Positions 31,053-41,126 of a stretch of 64,000 bases of DNA are shown here, piece by piece. The notes under the pieces were generated by a model. The model was not told the DNA's origin, did no database searches, and was given only the letters and a program-made list of their open reading frames with translations. The position numbers were made by a program, and so were the translations under genes. Source of the DNA: an uncultured Pseudomonadota bacterium. GTDB taxonomy: Bacteria > Oederibacteriota > Muellerivitia > Muellerivitales > Muellerivitaceae. Every line of letters starts with the position of its first letter. Within the stretch, counting starts at the first letter, position 1. The stretch lies in assembly GCA_963770835.1 (NCBI GenBank), contig CAVYRH010000019.1, positions 32,001 to 96,000 on the forward strand, written 5' to 3'.

Positions 31053-33980
31053 CTAATCCCTCAAGAGTAGTGCCTTGCCGTTCAACAAAACCGAATTACC
31101 GTTTTTAATGACATAGTAATAAATCCCTGGCGAGCAGGGCGAGCCGTTGGAATTGGTGCCGTACCAATAGATATAACCCGTCGGCAAGGCCGCTAGAGTA
31201 TTCACTAGTTCCCCCGAGATCGTATAAACCGTCATAGACGCGCCAATGGGAACTTGGTAGGCCTGCAATGCTGGAAGGTTTTGGGGCCCTACCGCCACGG
31301 CGTACTTCGTATCGAAGGGATTGGGCCACACGTGAAGTCCCACGGGAGTTGGAGTGAAGGTGGGGGTGTTCATGGGAGTAGGGGTAAGGGTGGGAGTCAT
31401 GGTGGGTGTCGAAGTGGGCGTCGGAGGAATGCAAATCGGGGTCACTCCCAGTTGGAAATGCTGGCGGAACATATAGGCGTCCCCGACGGCCACGGTAAGC
31501 CAGTTGGCGGCACCCCAAACCCAGGGCACCGTACCACCCGGCGGATAAGGGATCAATTCGTCTGCGGATGCGATGGGCGGGAGTGTGGTGCCGATCGTGC
31601 CGGGAGCGGACCAGCTTGAATCATTGAATCCCACTTGGTTCCAATTGGCCGGGAAAGAACCTGCTGGCGGCAGGTTTCCTGCGCCTGCGTTGGGATCGTT
31701 CAGATATTGGTCAAGGATACAGCTGCTGGGTTCCACATAGGTTGTAGTGCAATTCGAATAATTTAGGGTAAGGAGCCAGGTTGCGCCGCTGTAAACGGTA
31801 TCGACCGAATAAGCATAAGCGGCGATGACGTTGTCCCCAGTTGTGTTGATCCAGGCGAGAGGTATGGTGATGTTATTGGTGCCTGTCCAACAACCGTTTC
31901 CGCAAGAGTTGGCAAGATTTCCGTTGATGAAGATTTCCCCCGCATCATCCGATGCCCAGCTCAAGGTGGCGCTGGTTAAAATACAGGTATTGGAGGTAGG
32001 CGTAGGTGTAGGGGTGTTGGTGGGTGTATTAGTTGGGGTATTGGTAATGCAGCCGCCGGACACCGTCAAAGTCACGCTGTTGGAAGTGGTGGCGGTGACA
32101 GAATCTGCGGCCATGGTGAAGCTGTTGTAAATGGGTCCGGGACAGGCGACTGTACCCCACCAACTGACGGGAGAAACGAAGGAAAACATGGTTGCCGGAA
32201 AGGCTCCTCCTGGAACGTCCCAAACCAAAGGCGAAGTTGAACTGGGAGAAATGGACGAGCTTACATAACTAATACCCGTGGGAACAGTATCAGTAATATT
32301 GGCATTCAAAACTGGACCCGGGCTGAAAATTTTTAGGTTTGTAAACCAGTCCGTACCAGCGGTCTCATCCGCGCGCCAACCTTGCACCCAGCCCCCTGAG
32401 CAGGTCGGAAGGGGTGCCGAGGAATCGGTATAGGAAAAAGTGATGGCCGCGGCAGGATTTCCCGTCGGCCAAAGTTCGGTGGTAAAAGTGACGCCGCTTG
32501 CGCCCTGGGCATATTGCACTTCGGTGCGCACCGTGTACCATTCACCCGCGTTTATTGCCATGGCGTTGTCGTCGGCCGCTCCCGGAATAGCGTTATTGTT
32601 TCTTTGGTAAAACAAATAAGCTGGGGCGTTGTTTTGGGAAATGGCCACTTCATAAGTAATTCCTTCGGACCCATTAGCCGCAAGAACCATGTGCGCGTCC
32701 CCACCACTATTCGCGCCGAGGGCCGAGGAAGGAATTTCAATATCCCCTTCCACTATGAAATCACCACAGATATTCACTCCTGGGCCGTTACGAAGTAATT
32801 CAGGATAGCGCCCGCTTCCCCCCGAGGAATCGAACAAGACCGAACCCGAAATTAAAGGTTGTCCATTCGAATCCGCACTGGCGACCCACGTCCCTGGATC
32901 CCCCGCTGCCGGCACAACCGTGTAATTCGTCCCGTCGTAACCCCAGGGCTCCGGACTTCCGGTTGTGGTGGTGCCGCTAACCGCATTGTCATAAGAATCG
33001 TAAAATTCCAGGTTCTGGCCGTTAGCGGTCCAATTCAAGCCATAAGTAACAACGGCACCGGCAGCCAAGGAGGGGACGTTCTGGGTTTTGGTCAGGGCCA
33101 ATTGAGGCGCTTGAACCGTCAAGTTTGCCGTATTGGACGAACTGGAACCACAGTTAGCGCTGTTCAACGTGGCGACATTGGAAAAAACAGTCCCATTGGC
33201 CGTGTTGGAGGGGACGCTGAGGATGGCCCAAAGGGCGCTGATTTTGGGCGCGGAGATATTACCTAAGTTCCAACTCACGCTGTTGGAACCGCTGTTGTAG
33301 ACCGCATTCGGGCCGGCGGACACATAGGTGACACCGGTAGGGAGGGAATAAACAACATTGCTACTGCCAGAGTTGACAAAATTGTAATCCACGTCAAACA
33401 GGAAAAGCCCACCAGGAGCTGTCGTTACTCCTTCCGTCATAACGGTGACCGAACAACTTGGCGGCGGAAGAAGAATGGAAATCGGGGCGGAACTTTGAGC
33501 TTCCATGTTGGCCAAATCGCCGCACTGGGCATCGCATCCGCTGACCCCAACGATGTAATTGTAAGTTGTACCCGGAGTAAGGGACGCGGAAGCTGTAACC
33601 GCAAACACCGCCGTGGCCGGTCCCGTCCCACCAGGGTTGAGAGGGCCCCAACCGTTTCCCGAGGGAGGATTGGCTGTGTTTCCAGTCCCGTCTACTCCAG
33701 TATAAAGGTTAAAAACTTGATTGGGAGTGCCACAGGCTTGGAAAGTAGTTTGGCTTAAATTAAAGCCTCCAAGGAAATAGGTTTGGTTCCATCCAGCCGC
33801 CTGTTGGTAAACAACCGTGACGTTGAAGGAATTACCAAGCGCCACCGAACTGGCTGAAAGAGTGACGCTACTAATGGTAAGACCGCTACCACAGGCATGA
33901 ACTTGACCCACTGAACAGAGGTACATGGCAAATATCAAAGCTAAAAAAAGGTTAAATTTTTTCCGTATTTTTTTTGGCAT
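31053..33980 (-). CDS. Secreted DUF11/jelly-roll protein with T9SS type-A-like C-terminal domain
   Basis: Signal peptide; tail VWPNPF..VYTISGELV..WYGTN..SPGIYYY..GKALLLR. Confidence 0.8.
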   Translation of the reverse strand: MPKKIRKKFNLFLALIFAMYLCSVGQVHACGSGLTISSVTLSASSVALGNSFNVTVVYQQAAGWNQTYFLGGFNLSQTTFQACGTPNQVFNLYTGVDGTGNTANPPSGNGWGPLNPGGTGPATAVFAVTASASLTPGTTYNYIVGVSGCDAQCGDLANMEAQSSAPISILLPPPSCSVTVMTEGVTTAPGGLFLFDVDYNFVNSGSSNVVYSLPTGVTYVSAGPNAVYNSGSNSVSWNLGNISAPKISALWAILSVPSNTANGTVFSNVATLNSANCGSSSSNTANLTVQAPQLALTKTQNVPSLAAGAVVTYGLNWTANGQNLEFYDSYDNAVSGTTTTGSPEPWGYDGTNYTVVPAAGDPGTWVASADSNGQPLISGSVLFDSSGGSGRYPELLRNGPGVNICGDFIVEGDIEIPSSALGANSGGDAHMVLAANGSEGITYEVAISQNNAPAYLFYQRNNNAIPGAADDNAMAINAGEWYTVRTEVQYAQGASGVTFTTELWPTGNPAAAITFSYTDSSAPLPTCSGGWVQGWRADETAGTDWFTNLKIFSPGPVLNANITDTVPTGISYVSSSISPSSTSPLVWDVPGGAFPATMFSFVSPVSWWGTVACPGPIYNSFTMAADSVTATTSNSVTLTVSGGCITNTPTNTPTNTPTPTPTSNTCILTSATLSWASDDAGEIFINGNLANSCGNGCWTGTNNITIPLAWINTTGDNVIAAYAYSVDTVYSGATWLLTLNYSNCTTTYVEPSSCILDQYLNDPNAGAGNLPPAGSFPANWNQVGFNDSSWSAPGTIGTTLPPIASADELIPYPPGGTVPWVWGAANWLTVAVGDAYMFRQHFQLGVTPICIPPTPTSTPTMTPTLTPTPMNTPTFTPTPVGLHVWPNPFDTKYAVAVGPQNLPALQAYQVPIGASMTVYTISGELVNTLAALPTGYIYWYGTNSNGSPCSPGIYYYVIKNGNSVLLNGKALLLRD

Positions 33981-34149
33981 GATTTCCAAAATTCTTTGAA
34001 ACGTTTTTCGAAAAATCCAACTGACAGTGGTGGCTTTACTTTTCTTTTACACATCAAAAATATCGCATTTTCACTGAAATTTCACTTGAAACTTGAGAAA
34101 TCCACTTTGCGGGAGTACCGGAGAGCGCTTTCATCGCCTTTTGGCCCTG

Positions 34150-35685
34150 TTAACGGACTAACAAGATTTTTTTCGACTTAACGCTGTAAGGTTCTATGAG
34201 GTAGAAAATGTAAACCCCGCTGGCGCAAGGGTCCCCGTACTTGTTCTTTCCGTCCCAGCTGTACCACTGGCTGACGGGAGCCGTCAATTGCTGGTCATCC
34301 AAGGTCTTGATGTTCTCCCCCGCCGAATTGTAGATCCGCAGGCCGTACTCCCCCGGATAACTGGTGTAATTCACGAAAATCGAAACCGGCGGTCCGGAGG
34401 GTTTCAGGATATTTTGAGTGACATTAAAAATATCCGCGGTGTAGGGGGTAGCGGTGGGGGTGAAAGTCGGTGTCCAAGTGCAAGTATTGCCCGGAAAACC
34501 ACAAGGGGTAAGAGTGAAAGTGGGAGTGGCCGTGTTCGTTGTCGTCAAGGTGGGCGTAAAGGTCGGAGTCACGGTTGGGGTAAAGGTGGCCGTTCGGGTG
34601 GGCGTCAGGGTGGCCGTAAAAGTGGTGGTAAAAGTAGCCGTTAAGGTGGGACTAGAGGTTTGAGTGAGGGTTGGTGTAATGGTCGGGGACGCAGTGGGAG
34701 TAAATGAAGGTGTAAACGTAGCCGTATTGGTGGGTGTATCCGTCGGGGTGCAGGTATTGCCGGTGCAAGGGGGAGGAGTTGCGGTAGGAGTCGAAGTAGC
34801 CGTGGGAGTAACCAAAAGGGCTATCTCGCTCAAACCGTAATAGGCGGTGAAGCTGATGCTTTGGCCCGGGTTCAACACAATATTACCGTTCGAGTTGTCG
34901 CCGGTTCCTGTCCACCAATAAACTACCGCGCTGTCGGTGATGGAGGCCCCCAAGGAGCCGGTGGACCATTGGCCGACTCCGGAGACATTCTGCCAATAAG
35001 CTATTTCGAAAGCATCGGGCTTGCTGGCGGGAATTCCATAGCCGTTATTGTAAAGGGCCCCATAACCCGTCAAGTTGGGGGTGCCCGGTGGGGGAACGTC
35101 ATAATCCCACCATTGGGGCGGCAAATTACCCGCGTTTCGGGTGTAAAGAGTATCCACCGGAACCGTGGAAGCCCCATTGGTGATGGAAATATTCGCGCCA
35201 TCGTTTCCGTTGACCAATGTATCGATTTCCACCCTCAACCCCAGCGTAACGGGGGAAGTTCCCGTGTTGTTGTAAGTGAACGTCATCATGGCGGTGTCGG
35301 GCTGAAGTCCAGTCTCGGGGTTGTTGACGATCTGATATTGGGCCGTCAGCAGAACGCCGTTGGCAATGGATTTGGTGATCTGCAGGTAGGCGCCCAACCC
35401 GCTTCCCACGGCCACAAGGGGGGATGTGGTTGTGGCGTTCGAGTAATCGTAAGCCACGCCGTTCACCATGGCAACGATGGTGCTGGTGCAACCGGGTCCG
35501 GGGTAACAATACATGAGCGCGGCATTGGGAAGGGAGTAAGTGGGGGAGGTCCCGATTCCCATGATACCGGAGTTAGGATCGGCATAGATTGAAAGGTAGT
35601 TACTGCTGACGCTGAGTTGAGCCCAAAGCGGAACAGCGCTCAAAAAGAAAAGGGCTCCGAACGATATCTTCAAATACAATTTCAT
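34150..35685 (-). CDS. Secreted protein with Thr/Pro linker and conserved C-terminal domain
   Basis: Signal peptide; TPT repeats; tail [29 protein letters not shown]. Confidence 0.85.
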   Translation of the reverse strand: MKLYLKISFGALFFLSAVPLWAQLSVSSNYLSIYADPNSGIMGIGTSPTYSLPNAALMYCYPGPGCTSTIVAMVNGVAYDYSNATTTSPLVAVGSGLGAYLQITKSIANGVLLTAQYQIVNNPETGLQPDTAMMTFTYNNTGTSPVTLGLRVEIDTLVNGNDGANISITNGASTVPVDTLYTRNAGNLPPQWWDYDVPPPGTPNLTGYGALYNNGYGIPASKPDAFEIAYWQNVSGVGQWSTGSLGASITDSAVVYWWTGTGDNSNGNIVLNPGQSISFTAYYGLSEIALLVTPTATSTPTATPPPCTGNTCTPTDTPTNTATFTPSFTPTASPTITPTLTQTSSPTLTATFTTTFTATLTPTRTATFTPTVTPTFTPTLTTTNTATPTFTLTPCGFPGNTCTWTPTFTPTATPYTADIFNVTQNILKPSGPPVSIFVNYTSYPGEYGLRIYNSAGENIKTLDDQQLTAPVSQWYSWDGKNKYGDPCASGVYIFYLIEPYSVKSKKILLVR

Positions 35686-35930
35686 AAATTCCCCAAAAAT
35701 ATGGTGGATAAGAATGTTGGCCGCTTTTGGAATGCCGAGCGTGACCTGGAATAAAGGGTCCGTCCAAAAAAACGCCCTGTCGGAGCCAAATTATACCCCA
35801 CTTCCCGACTTTCCGACCCGCGGTAGCAATTCCTTCATTTTTTACTAACTTCTCAGAAACGAACTAATGAATTTTTATGCTCCCCGCAGAGCGAAAAGAT
35901 TCCGGGCCCCACGAATGGTTTCCTGACACT

Positions 35931-37256
35931 TCATCTAATTAAAATAATTTTTTTCTCTTTATGGCTGTAAGGTTCTATCAATTCAAAAATATAAATACCG
36001 CTGGCGCAAGTGTCCCCGTATTTGTTCTTCCCATCCCAGCTGTACCACTGGCTGACAGGAGCCGTCAATTGCTGGGAGTCCAGGGTTTTGACGTGTTCCC
36101 CCGCCGTGTTGTAGATCCAAAGATCATATTCGCCGGGATACTTGGTGTAATTCACGAAAATGGAAACCGGGTCCGAGGGCCGGAAGATGTTTTTAGTGAC
36201 TTCAAAAATATCCGCGTTATAGGGCGTGGCGGTGGGGGTGAACGTCGGGGTCCAGGTGCAAGTATTGCCCGGAAAACCACAAGGGGTATCGGTGGCAGTG
36301 GGGGTGGGGGTATTGGTGATGGTGAATGTTGGCGTGAAAGTCGGCGTTAGGGTGGCCGTAAAGGTAGGCGTGAAGGTGGGGGTGATCGTCGCCGTATTGG
36401 TTAAGGTTTTAGTGGGCGTGAAAGTAGGGGTCAGGGTGGGAGTGGACGTGGGGCCGCTGGAAAAGCTGCCGGCCTGGATGAAAACATTGGAATCCAATTG
36501 GCAATCCCCCACATCGCAAATGCCAAGTTTAATGTGATTGGTCACGCCGGGGTTGACAGGTACGTTAACGGTTAATACGGTGGTCAATCCGGTCATGGTG
36601 GTATTTAAATTCGCCGAGGGGAGAGTGAGGGTACAAGCCCCTGCCAAAGTCGTAGGTTCGGTATTGTTGTTGATGTAATAGGAGGAATTGAGACAGGCAT
36701 TGACGTTATTGATTTCGACCGTAGTGGAAGTGCCCGGAAGCACGGCCGCATTGACCCCGTTAACGAAAAAACCGAAGACATCGTTAAAATTCGACCCCAC
36801 GTATTGGTTGTACTCGGAGGAGGCGAAAACGTACTGGAACGTAATGTTATTGAAGTTCGGGACGAAATCAAAGGAGAGAAGGGTTGCGTCATAGGTGTCG
36901 GTGACGGGGACTCCAGCCAGGTTGGCCAAGTCCTGGTCGCCCGGTGTGTTATTGCAGTTATTCGTCCCACTGCCGCTGGGGCCCACCACGCTGGCTGCCG
37001 AACCGTTGCTGAGGATGATTCCGGAGTCAAAACCAACAGTGCCATTCCCTCCCGTGAAGGTTCCTGAAGACTGAGCTGTTCCCGTATAAGTAACGTTGCT
37101 AAAGGAAAGCCCGGTCCCCATAAGGTTTTGGACGAGGGCGGAAGGGCCTGAAAGATTAACCAGGGGGGTGACATTAAGGCTCTGGGCGTGGATCAAACCG
37201 CTAGAAGCGGTTAGAAACACGGTTGTCAAAAAACAAATTGAAAAACGTCGACTCAT
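35931..37256 (-). CDS. Secreted choice-of-anchor L domain protein with Thr/Pro linker and conserved C-terminal domain
   Basis: [46 protein letters not shown]; conserved tail. Confidence 0.85.
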   Translation of the reverse strand: MSRRFSICFLTTVFLTASSGLIHAQSLNVTPLVNLSGPSALVQNLMGTGLSFSNVTYTGTAQSSGTFTGGNGTVGFDSGIILSNGSAASVVGPSGSGTNNCNNTPGDQDLANLAGVPVTDTYDATLLSFDFVPNFNNITFQYVFASSEYNQYVGSNFNDVFGFFVNGVNAAVLPGTSTTVEINNVNACLNSSYYINNNTEPTTLAGACTLTLPSANLNTTMTGLTTVLTVNVPVNPGVTNHIKLGICDVGDCQLDSNVFIQAGSFSSGPTSTPTLTPTFTPTKTLTNTATITPTFTPTFTATLTPTFTPTFTITNTPTPTATDTPCGFPGNTCTWTPTFTPTATPYNADIFEVTKNIFRPSDPVSIFVNYTKYPGEYDLWIYNTAGEHVKTLDSQQLTAPVSQWYSWDGKNKYGDTCASGIYIFELIEPYSHKEKKIILIR

Positions 37257-37436
37257 TTTTTCCCTTCAATCCAAGAAAGCCGTACCTAAGATAAGAAGTT
37301 GATTTTTCCAAAAACTTTTTTATGTACAGATTTATTAAATTTTACCCTTTTTAGCTTTTTTTCACCGCACCCCCCGGATAAAAGCAGTGTTTCACTTTTA
37401 AACAAGGGTTTTTCAGGATATTTAACCTCGATAATC

Positions 37437-37472
37437 AAAAAAAAAGCCCCACTTCTTTCGAAGCGGGGCTTT
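37437..37472 (-). terminator. Intrinsic terminator of glnA
   Basis: AAAGCCCCGCTTC-GAAA-GAAGTGGGGCTTTTTTTT on the minus strand. Confidence 0.85.
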
Positions 37473-37495
37473 GGAAACATCCGATATCCGGGATA

Positions 37496-38911
37496 TCAGA
37501 TATCGTGGTACAGCACGAACTCGTAAGGATGCGGCCGCAGGCGGATAGCGTCAATCTCTTTGCTCCGCTTGTAGCTGATCCATTCGTTAATCAGGTCCTC
37601 CGTGAAGACCCCGCCTTTCAAGAGGAACTCGTGATCGTCTTCCAGGGCCTCCAAGGCCTCGTTCAACGACCCGGGAACGCTCTTGATCTTCTTGAGTTCG
37701 CGCCCTTCCAGCTCATAGAGGTTCATGTCATGCGGCTTGCCTGGATCGATCTTGTTCTCGATACCGTCCAAACCCGCCATCAACATGGCCGGAAAAGCCA
37801 GGTAAGGATTGCAGGACGGGTCCGGCGTGCGGAACTCAACCCGTTTGGCCTTCGGGCTCTTGGAATAAAGCGGGATGCGGCAGGCCGCAGACCGGTTGCG
37901 TTGGCTGTAGACCAGGTTGACCGGCGCCTCAAAGCCCGGGGTCAGGCGCTTGTAGCTGTTGACCGTGGGACAGATGAAGGCACAGAGGGCGGGGGCGTGC
38001 TTTAGGAGCCCCCCGATATAGTGCAGGGCCGTCTGGGAAAGTCCGCCGTAACCCTTCTCGTCGTACATGGCGTTGGTGCTGCCCTTCCAGATGGACTGGT
38101 GGACGTGCATGCCGCTTCCGTTATCCCCGAAGAGGGGCTTCGGCATGAAGGTGGCCACCATGTTGTGGCGGCGGGCCACGTTCTTCACGATGTATTTGTA
38201 CTTCATGAGCTTGTCCGCCATGTTCACCATGGTGTCGAACACCATGTCGATTTCGGCCTGGCCGCCCGTGGCCACTTCATGGTGGTGGGTCTCAATGGAA
38301 ATCCCCACTTCCTGCATGAGGGTGGTCATTTCGGAACGGATGTCCATCTGGCTGTCCGTGGGCGGCACCGGGAAGTAGCCTTCTTTATTACGTACCTTGT
38401 AGGCCAGGTTCGGATACTCGTCACGGCCTGTGTTCCACAAGCCCTCGGTGGAATCCACGGAGTAGTAGCCGCTGTTCATGGTTTGGTCGAACTTCATGTC
38501 ATTGAAGATGAAGAACTCGGCCTCAGGGCCCCAATAGGAGACATCCGCGATGCCGGTAGATTTCAGGTATTTTTCGGCCTTTTGGGCCACATAACGGGGG
38601 TCGCGGGAATAGGATTCGCGGGTGACCGGATCGATCGCATTGCAGGCCATCACCAGGGTTGTTTCGGCGAAGAAGGGGTCAATAAAGGCGCTGTTGGGGT
38701 CGGGAATCAACAACATATCGGATTCGTTAATGGCCTGGAACCCGCGGATGGAAGAGCCGTCAAAACCCTTCCCATCCTTAAATACGTCCTCATCGAAAAA
38801 CTTCACTGGAGAGGTCGTATGCTGCCAGATACCCGGCATATCGATGAATCTGAAATCTACGTATTTCACGTCTTTTTGTTTGATTAAATCCATCACTTCT
38901 TTCGCCGTCAT
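37496..38911 (-). CDS. glnA: Type I glutamine synthetase
   Basis: [37 protein letters not shown] adenylylation-site region; AGGAGG SD. Confidence 0.98.
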   Translation of the reverse strand: MTAKEVMDLIKQKDVKYVDFRFIDMPGIWQHTTSPVKFFDEDVFKDGKGFDGSSIRGFQAINESDMLLIPDPNSAFIDPFFAETTLVMACNAIDPVTRESYSRDPRYVAQKAEKYLKSTGIADVSYWGPEAEFFIFNDMKFDQTMNSGYYSVDSTEGLWNTGRDEYPNLAYKVRNKEGYFPVPPTDSQMDIRSEMTTLMQEVGISIETHHHEVATGGQAEIDMVFDTMVNMADKLMKYKYIVKNVARRHNMVATFMPKPLFGDNGSGMHVHQSIWKGSTNAMYDEKGYGGLSQTALHYIGGLLKHAPALCAFICPTVNSYKRLTPGFEAPVNLVYSQRNRSAACRIPLYSKSPKAKRVEFRTPDPSCNPYLAFPAMLMAGLDGIENKIDPGKPHDMNLYELEGRELKKIKSVPGSLNEALEALEDDHEFLLKGGVFTEDLINEWISYKRSKEIDAIRLRPHPYEFVLYHDI

Positions 38912-39170
38912 TCCTGCCCTCCTGATTCGATTTTTCCCAACCATGCGGCTCGTTGAACAACTTTTTTGCGGTTTTCTTCCGCTTTTTTCCCCTCATGGAA
39001 CCAAAAACCGCCCATTGGAAAGCCCTTTTTATCGCATCCACTACGCTTCTTCCAAGTAAAGCCTTGTTCCAGGGAATGCGGTCGAAAAGAAACAGCTTTA
39101 AACCCTTTGAAAAACCGGATCAGTATAATAGTCGCAAAGCCAAGAACAAGGTGGAAACTCATAGAGATAA

Positions 39171-39187
39171 AGCAAAACCCCTGCCAA
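39171..39187 (-). promoter_or_regulatory. Sigma54 (-24/-12) promoter upstream of glnA
   Basis: Minus strand TTGGCAGGGGTTTTGCT = GG-N10-GC. Confidence 0.75.
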
Positions 39188-39315
39188 AAAGGGAAAAAGG
39201 TGATCCATTTTCATTTCAAACCATTTTTTGAAATAATTTTGGGAGATTTAAACGTGTTTCGAAAGTGGATAACTTTTAGGTCGATATGAGGAAGAGGAAG
39301 GTCTTAACAAAAAAC

Positions 39316-40890
39316 TTACAAAAAGGTAGGCTTGTACCCAATTTTGTATTTTTTCAATTTATATCCCAACTGGCGGGGGGTGATCCCTAAAAGTTTGCAG
39401 GCCTTGGCTTGAACGCCGCCACAGCGTTCCATCGCCTCCATGACTTTCATTTTTTCCATTTCCGACAAGGTCGAACCCGAAACCGTTTGTGAGAAAGCCG
39501 ATCCCTCCGTCTCGAGGGGGGGCGAAACATGGCCCGGAAGGCCCAAGGGAAGCGGAACATCCTCCAAGGTGAGCAAGTTCCCCTTGGACATGACGGCCAT
39601 CCGCTCCACCGTGTTTTCCAATTCCCGCACGTTGCCGGGCCAGTGATAGCCCATCAACCGGGTTACGACATCGGGGTCCATCTTCAAGTGGGTTTTATTT
39701 TCGCTGTTGTATTTGTCGAGGAAGTGGTTCAAGAGAAGAGGCACGTCTTCCCGGCGGTCCCGGAGGGAAGGCAGGAAAACGGGCACCACATTGAGGCGGT
39801 AATAAAGGTCTTCCCGGAATTTCCCCTCGGCAATGGCTTTTTCGAGGTTGCGGTTGGTGGCCGCGATGATGCGCACATCCACGGAAAGGGTCTTGGTGCC
39901 CCCAACCCGCTCGAATTTTTTTTCCTGGAGCACCCGCAAGAGCTTTACCTGGGTAGCCGGGGAAACGTCGCCGATCTCGTCGAGGAAAAGGGTGCCGCCG
40001 TCGGCCAATTCAAAGCGGCCCTTGACCATCTCCGAGGCGCCCGTGTAGCTCCCTTTCTCGTGGCCGAAAAGCTCGCTCTCCAAGAGGGTCTCCGGGAGGG
40101 CCGCGCAGGAGATCTTAATGAAAGGTTTCTCCGCCCGTGGACTGTTGTAATGGACGGCCCGGGCGATCAACTCCTTCCCGGTTCCCGATTCTCCGCGAAT
40201 CATGACCGTGGTCCGGCTGGTGGCCACCCTTTGCACCGATTTGTAGACCTCAACCATGGATTTGGAACTGCCCACCACGTTGTCTAGCTTATACTTCCCT
40301 TTGAGTTCGCTTTGAAGCTCCCGGTTCTCCTCCAGCAGGTCTTCTTTTTCCTTTTCGATCATCTGGTGAAGCTTCAGGTTTTGGCCGATCAGGGAGGCCA
40401 CCACACTGAGGAGGCGGACGTCCTCCTCAAAGGAAATATCCGAGTCCTTGAAAAGCCGGTCCACGGACAGCACGCCGAGGGTTTCGCCCTTCAATTTGAT
40501 CGGCACGCAGATGAACGAGATGTTCTGGCGCCGGACGTCACCCCGGGACTTGGTCCGGTTCAAGAAGAGGGGTTCCTTTCCGATGTCGGGGATGATCATC
40601 GATTCGCCCTTCTCCACGACCTTCCCCGTGATACCCTCCCCAATCTTGTACTTGCCGCGGGCGATCTCCTCCTTGGTTAAGCCATGGGCAGCTTCAATAC
40701 TTAACTGCCCGGTCTTTTCATCCAAGATGGTGACCGTTCCCCGGTTCATGTCCAGCTCCTTGGAAAGGATCTCCAGGACCTGGTTCAGCACCGATTTGAA
40801 CTCAAGGATGGAAGCCATGGAATGGCTGATCTCGTAGAGAGCTGTCAGCTCTTGGATCTTGCGCGCGAATCGTTTTGGATTTTCCGGCAT
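39316..40890 (-). CDS. NifA-like sigma54 enhancer-binding protein (GAF-AAA+-HTH)
   Basis: GAF (YKIGEGITGKV, SFICVPI), GESGTGKE, ELFGHEKGSYTGA, WPGNVRELEN, LGITPRQLGYKL. Confidence 0.92.
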   Translation of the reverse strand: MPENPKRFARKIQELTALYEISHSMASILEFKSVLNQVLEILSKELDMNRGTVTILDEKTGQLSIEAAHGLTKEEIARGKYKIGEGITGKVVEKGESMIIPDIGKEPLFLNRTKSRGDVRRQNISFICVPIKLKGETLGVLSVDRLFKDSDISFEEDVRLLSVVASLIGQNLKLHQMIEKEKEDLLEENRELQSELKGKYKLDNVVGSSKSMVEVYKSVQRVATSRTTVMIRGESGTGKELIARAVHYNSPRAEKPFIKISCAALPETLLESELFGHEKGSYTGASEMVKGRFELADGGTLFLDEIGDVSPATQVKLLRVLQEKKFERVGGTKTLSVDVRIIAATNRNLEKAIAEGKFREDLYYRLNVVPVFLPSLRDRREDVPLLLNHFLDKYNSENKTHLKMDPDVVTRLMGYHWPGNVRELENTVERMAVMSKGNLLTLEDVPLPLGLPGHVSPPLETEGSAFSQTVSGSTLSEMEKMKVMEAMERCGGVQAKACKLLGITPRQLGYKLKKYKIGYKPTFL

Positions 40891-41126
40891 GGGGACCTCG
40901 GTCAGGGACTGGGAAAAACACAATTTTGCCAGACACGTCGTTTTTAGCAAATAACTACAATTTCGTCAATGTATAAAATAATTGCCCAAATTCACAAATT
41001 TTTTCCTTCAACACACCTTTATGGTCTTTGGCGTCGAAACAATAAAGGTTTTACCCCTTCTTCATAACGAAGGATTTGGGTTTTTGGTATAACGGGTCCC
41101 AACCATTTAAGCAAAAACGGAATAAA

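Noticed and set aside
39316..40890. Evidence for nitrogen fixation
   Set aside because: Only a NifA-like regulator is present; there are no nitrogenase or cofactor genes in the window
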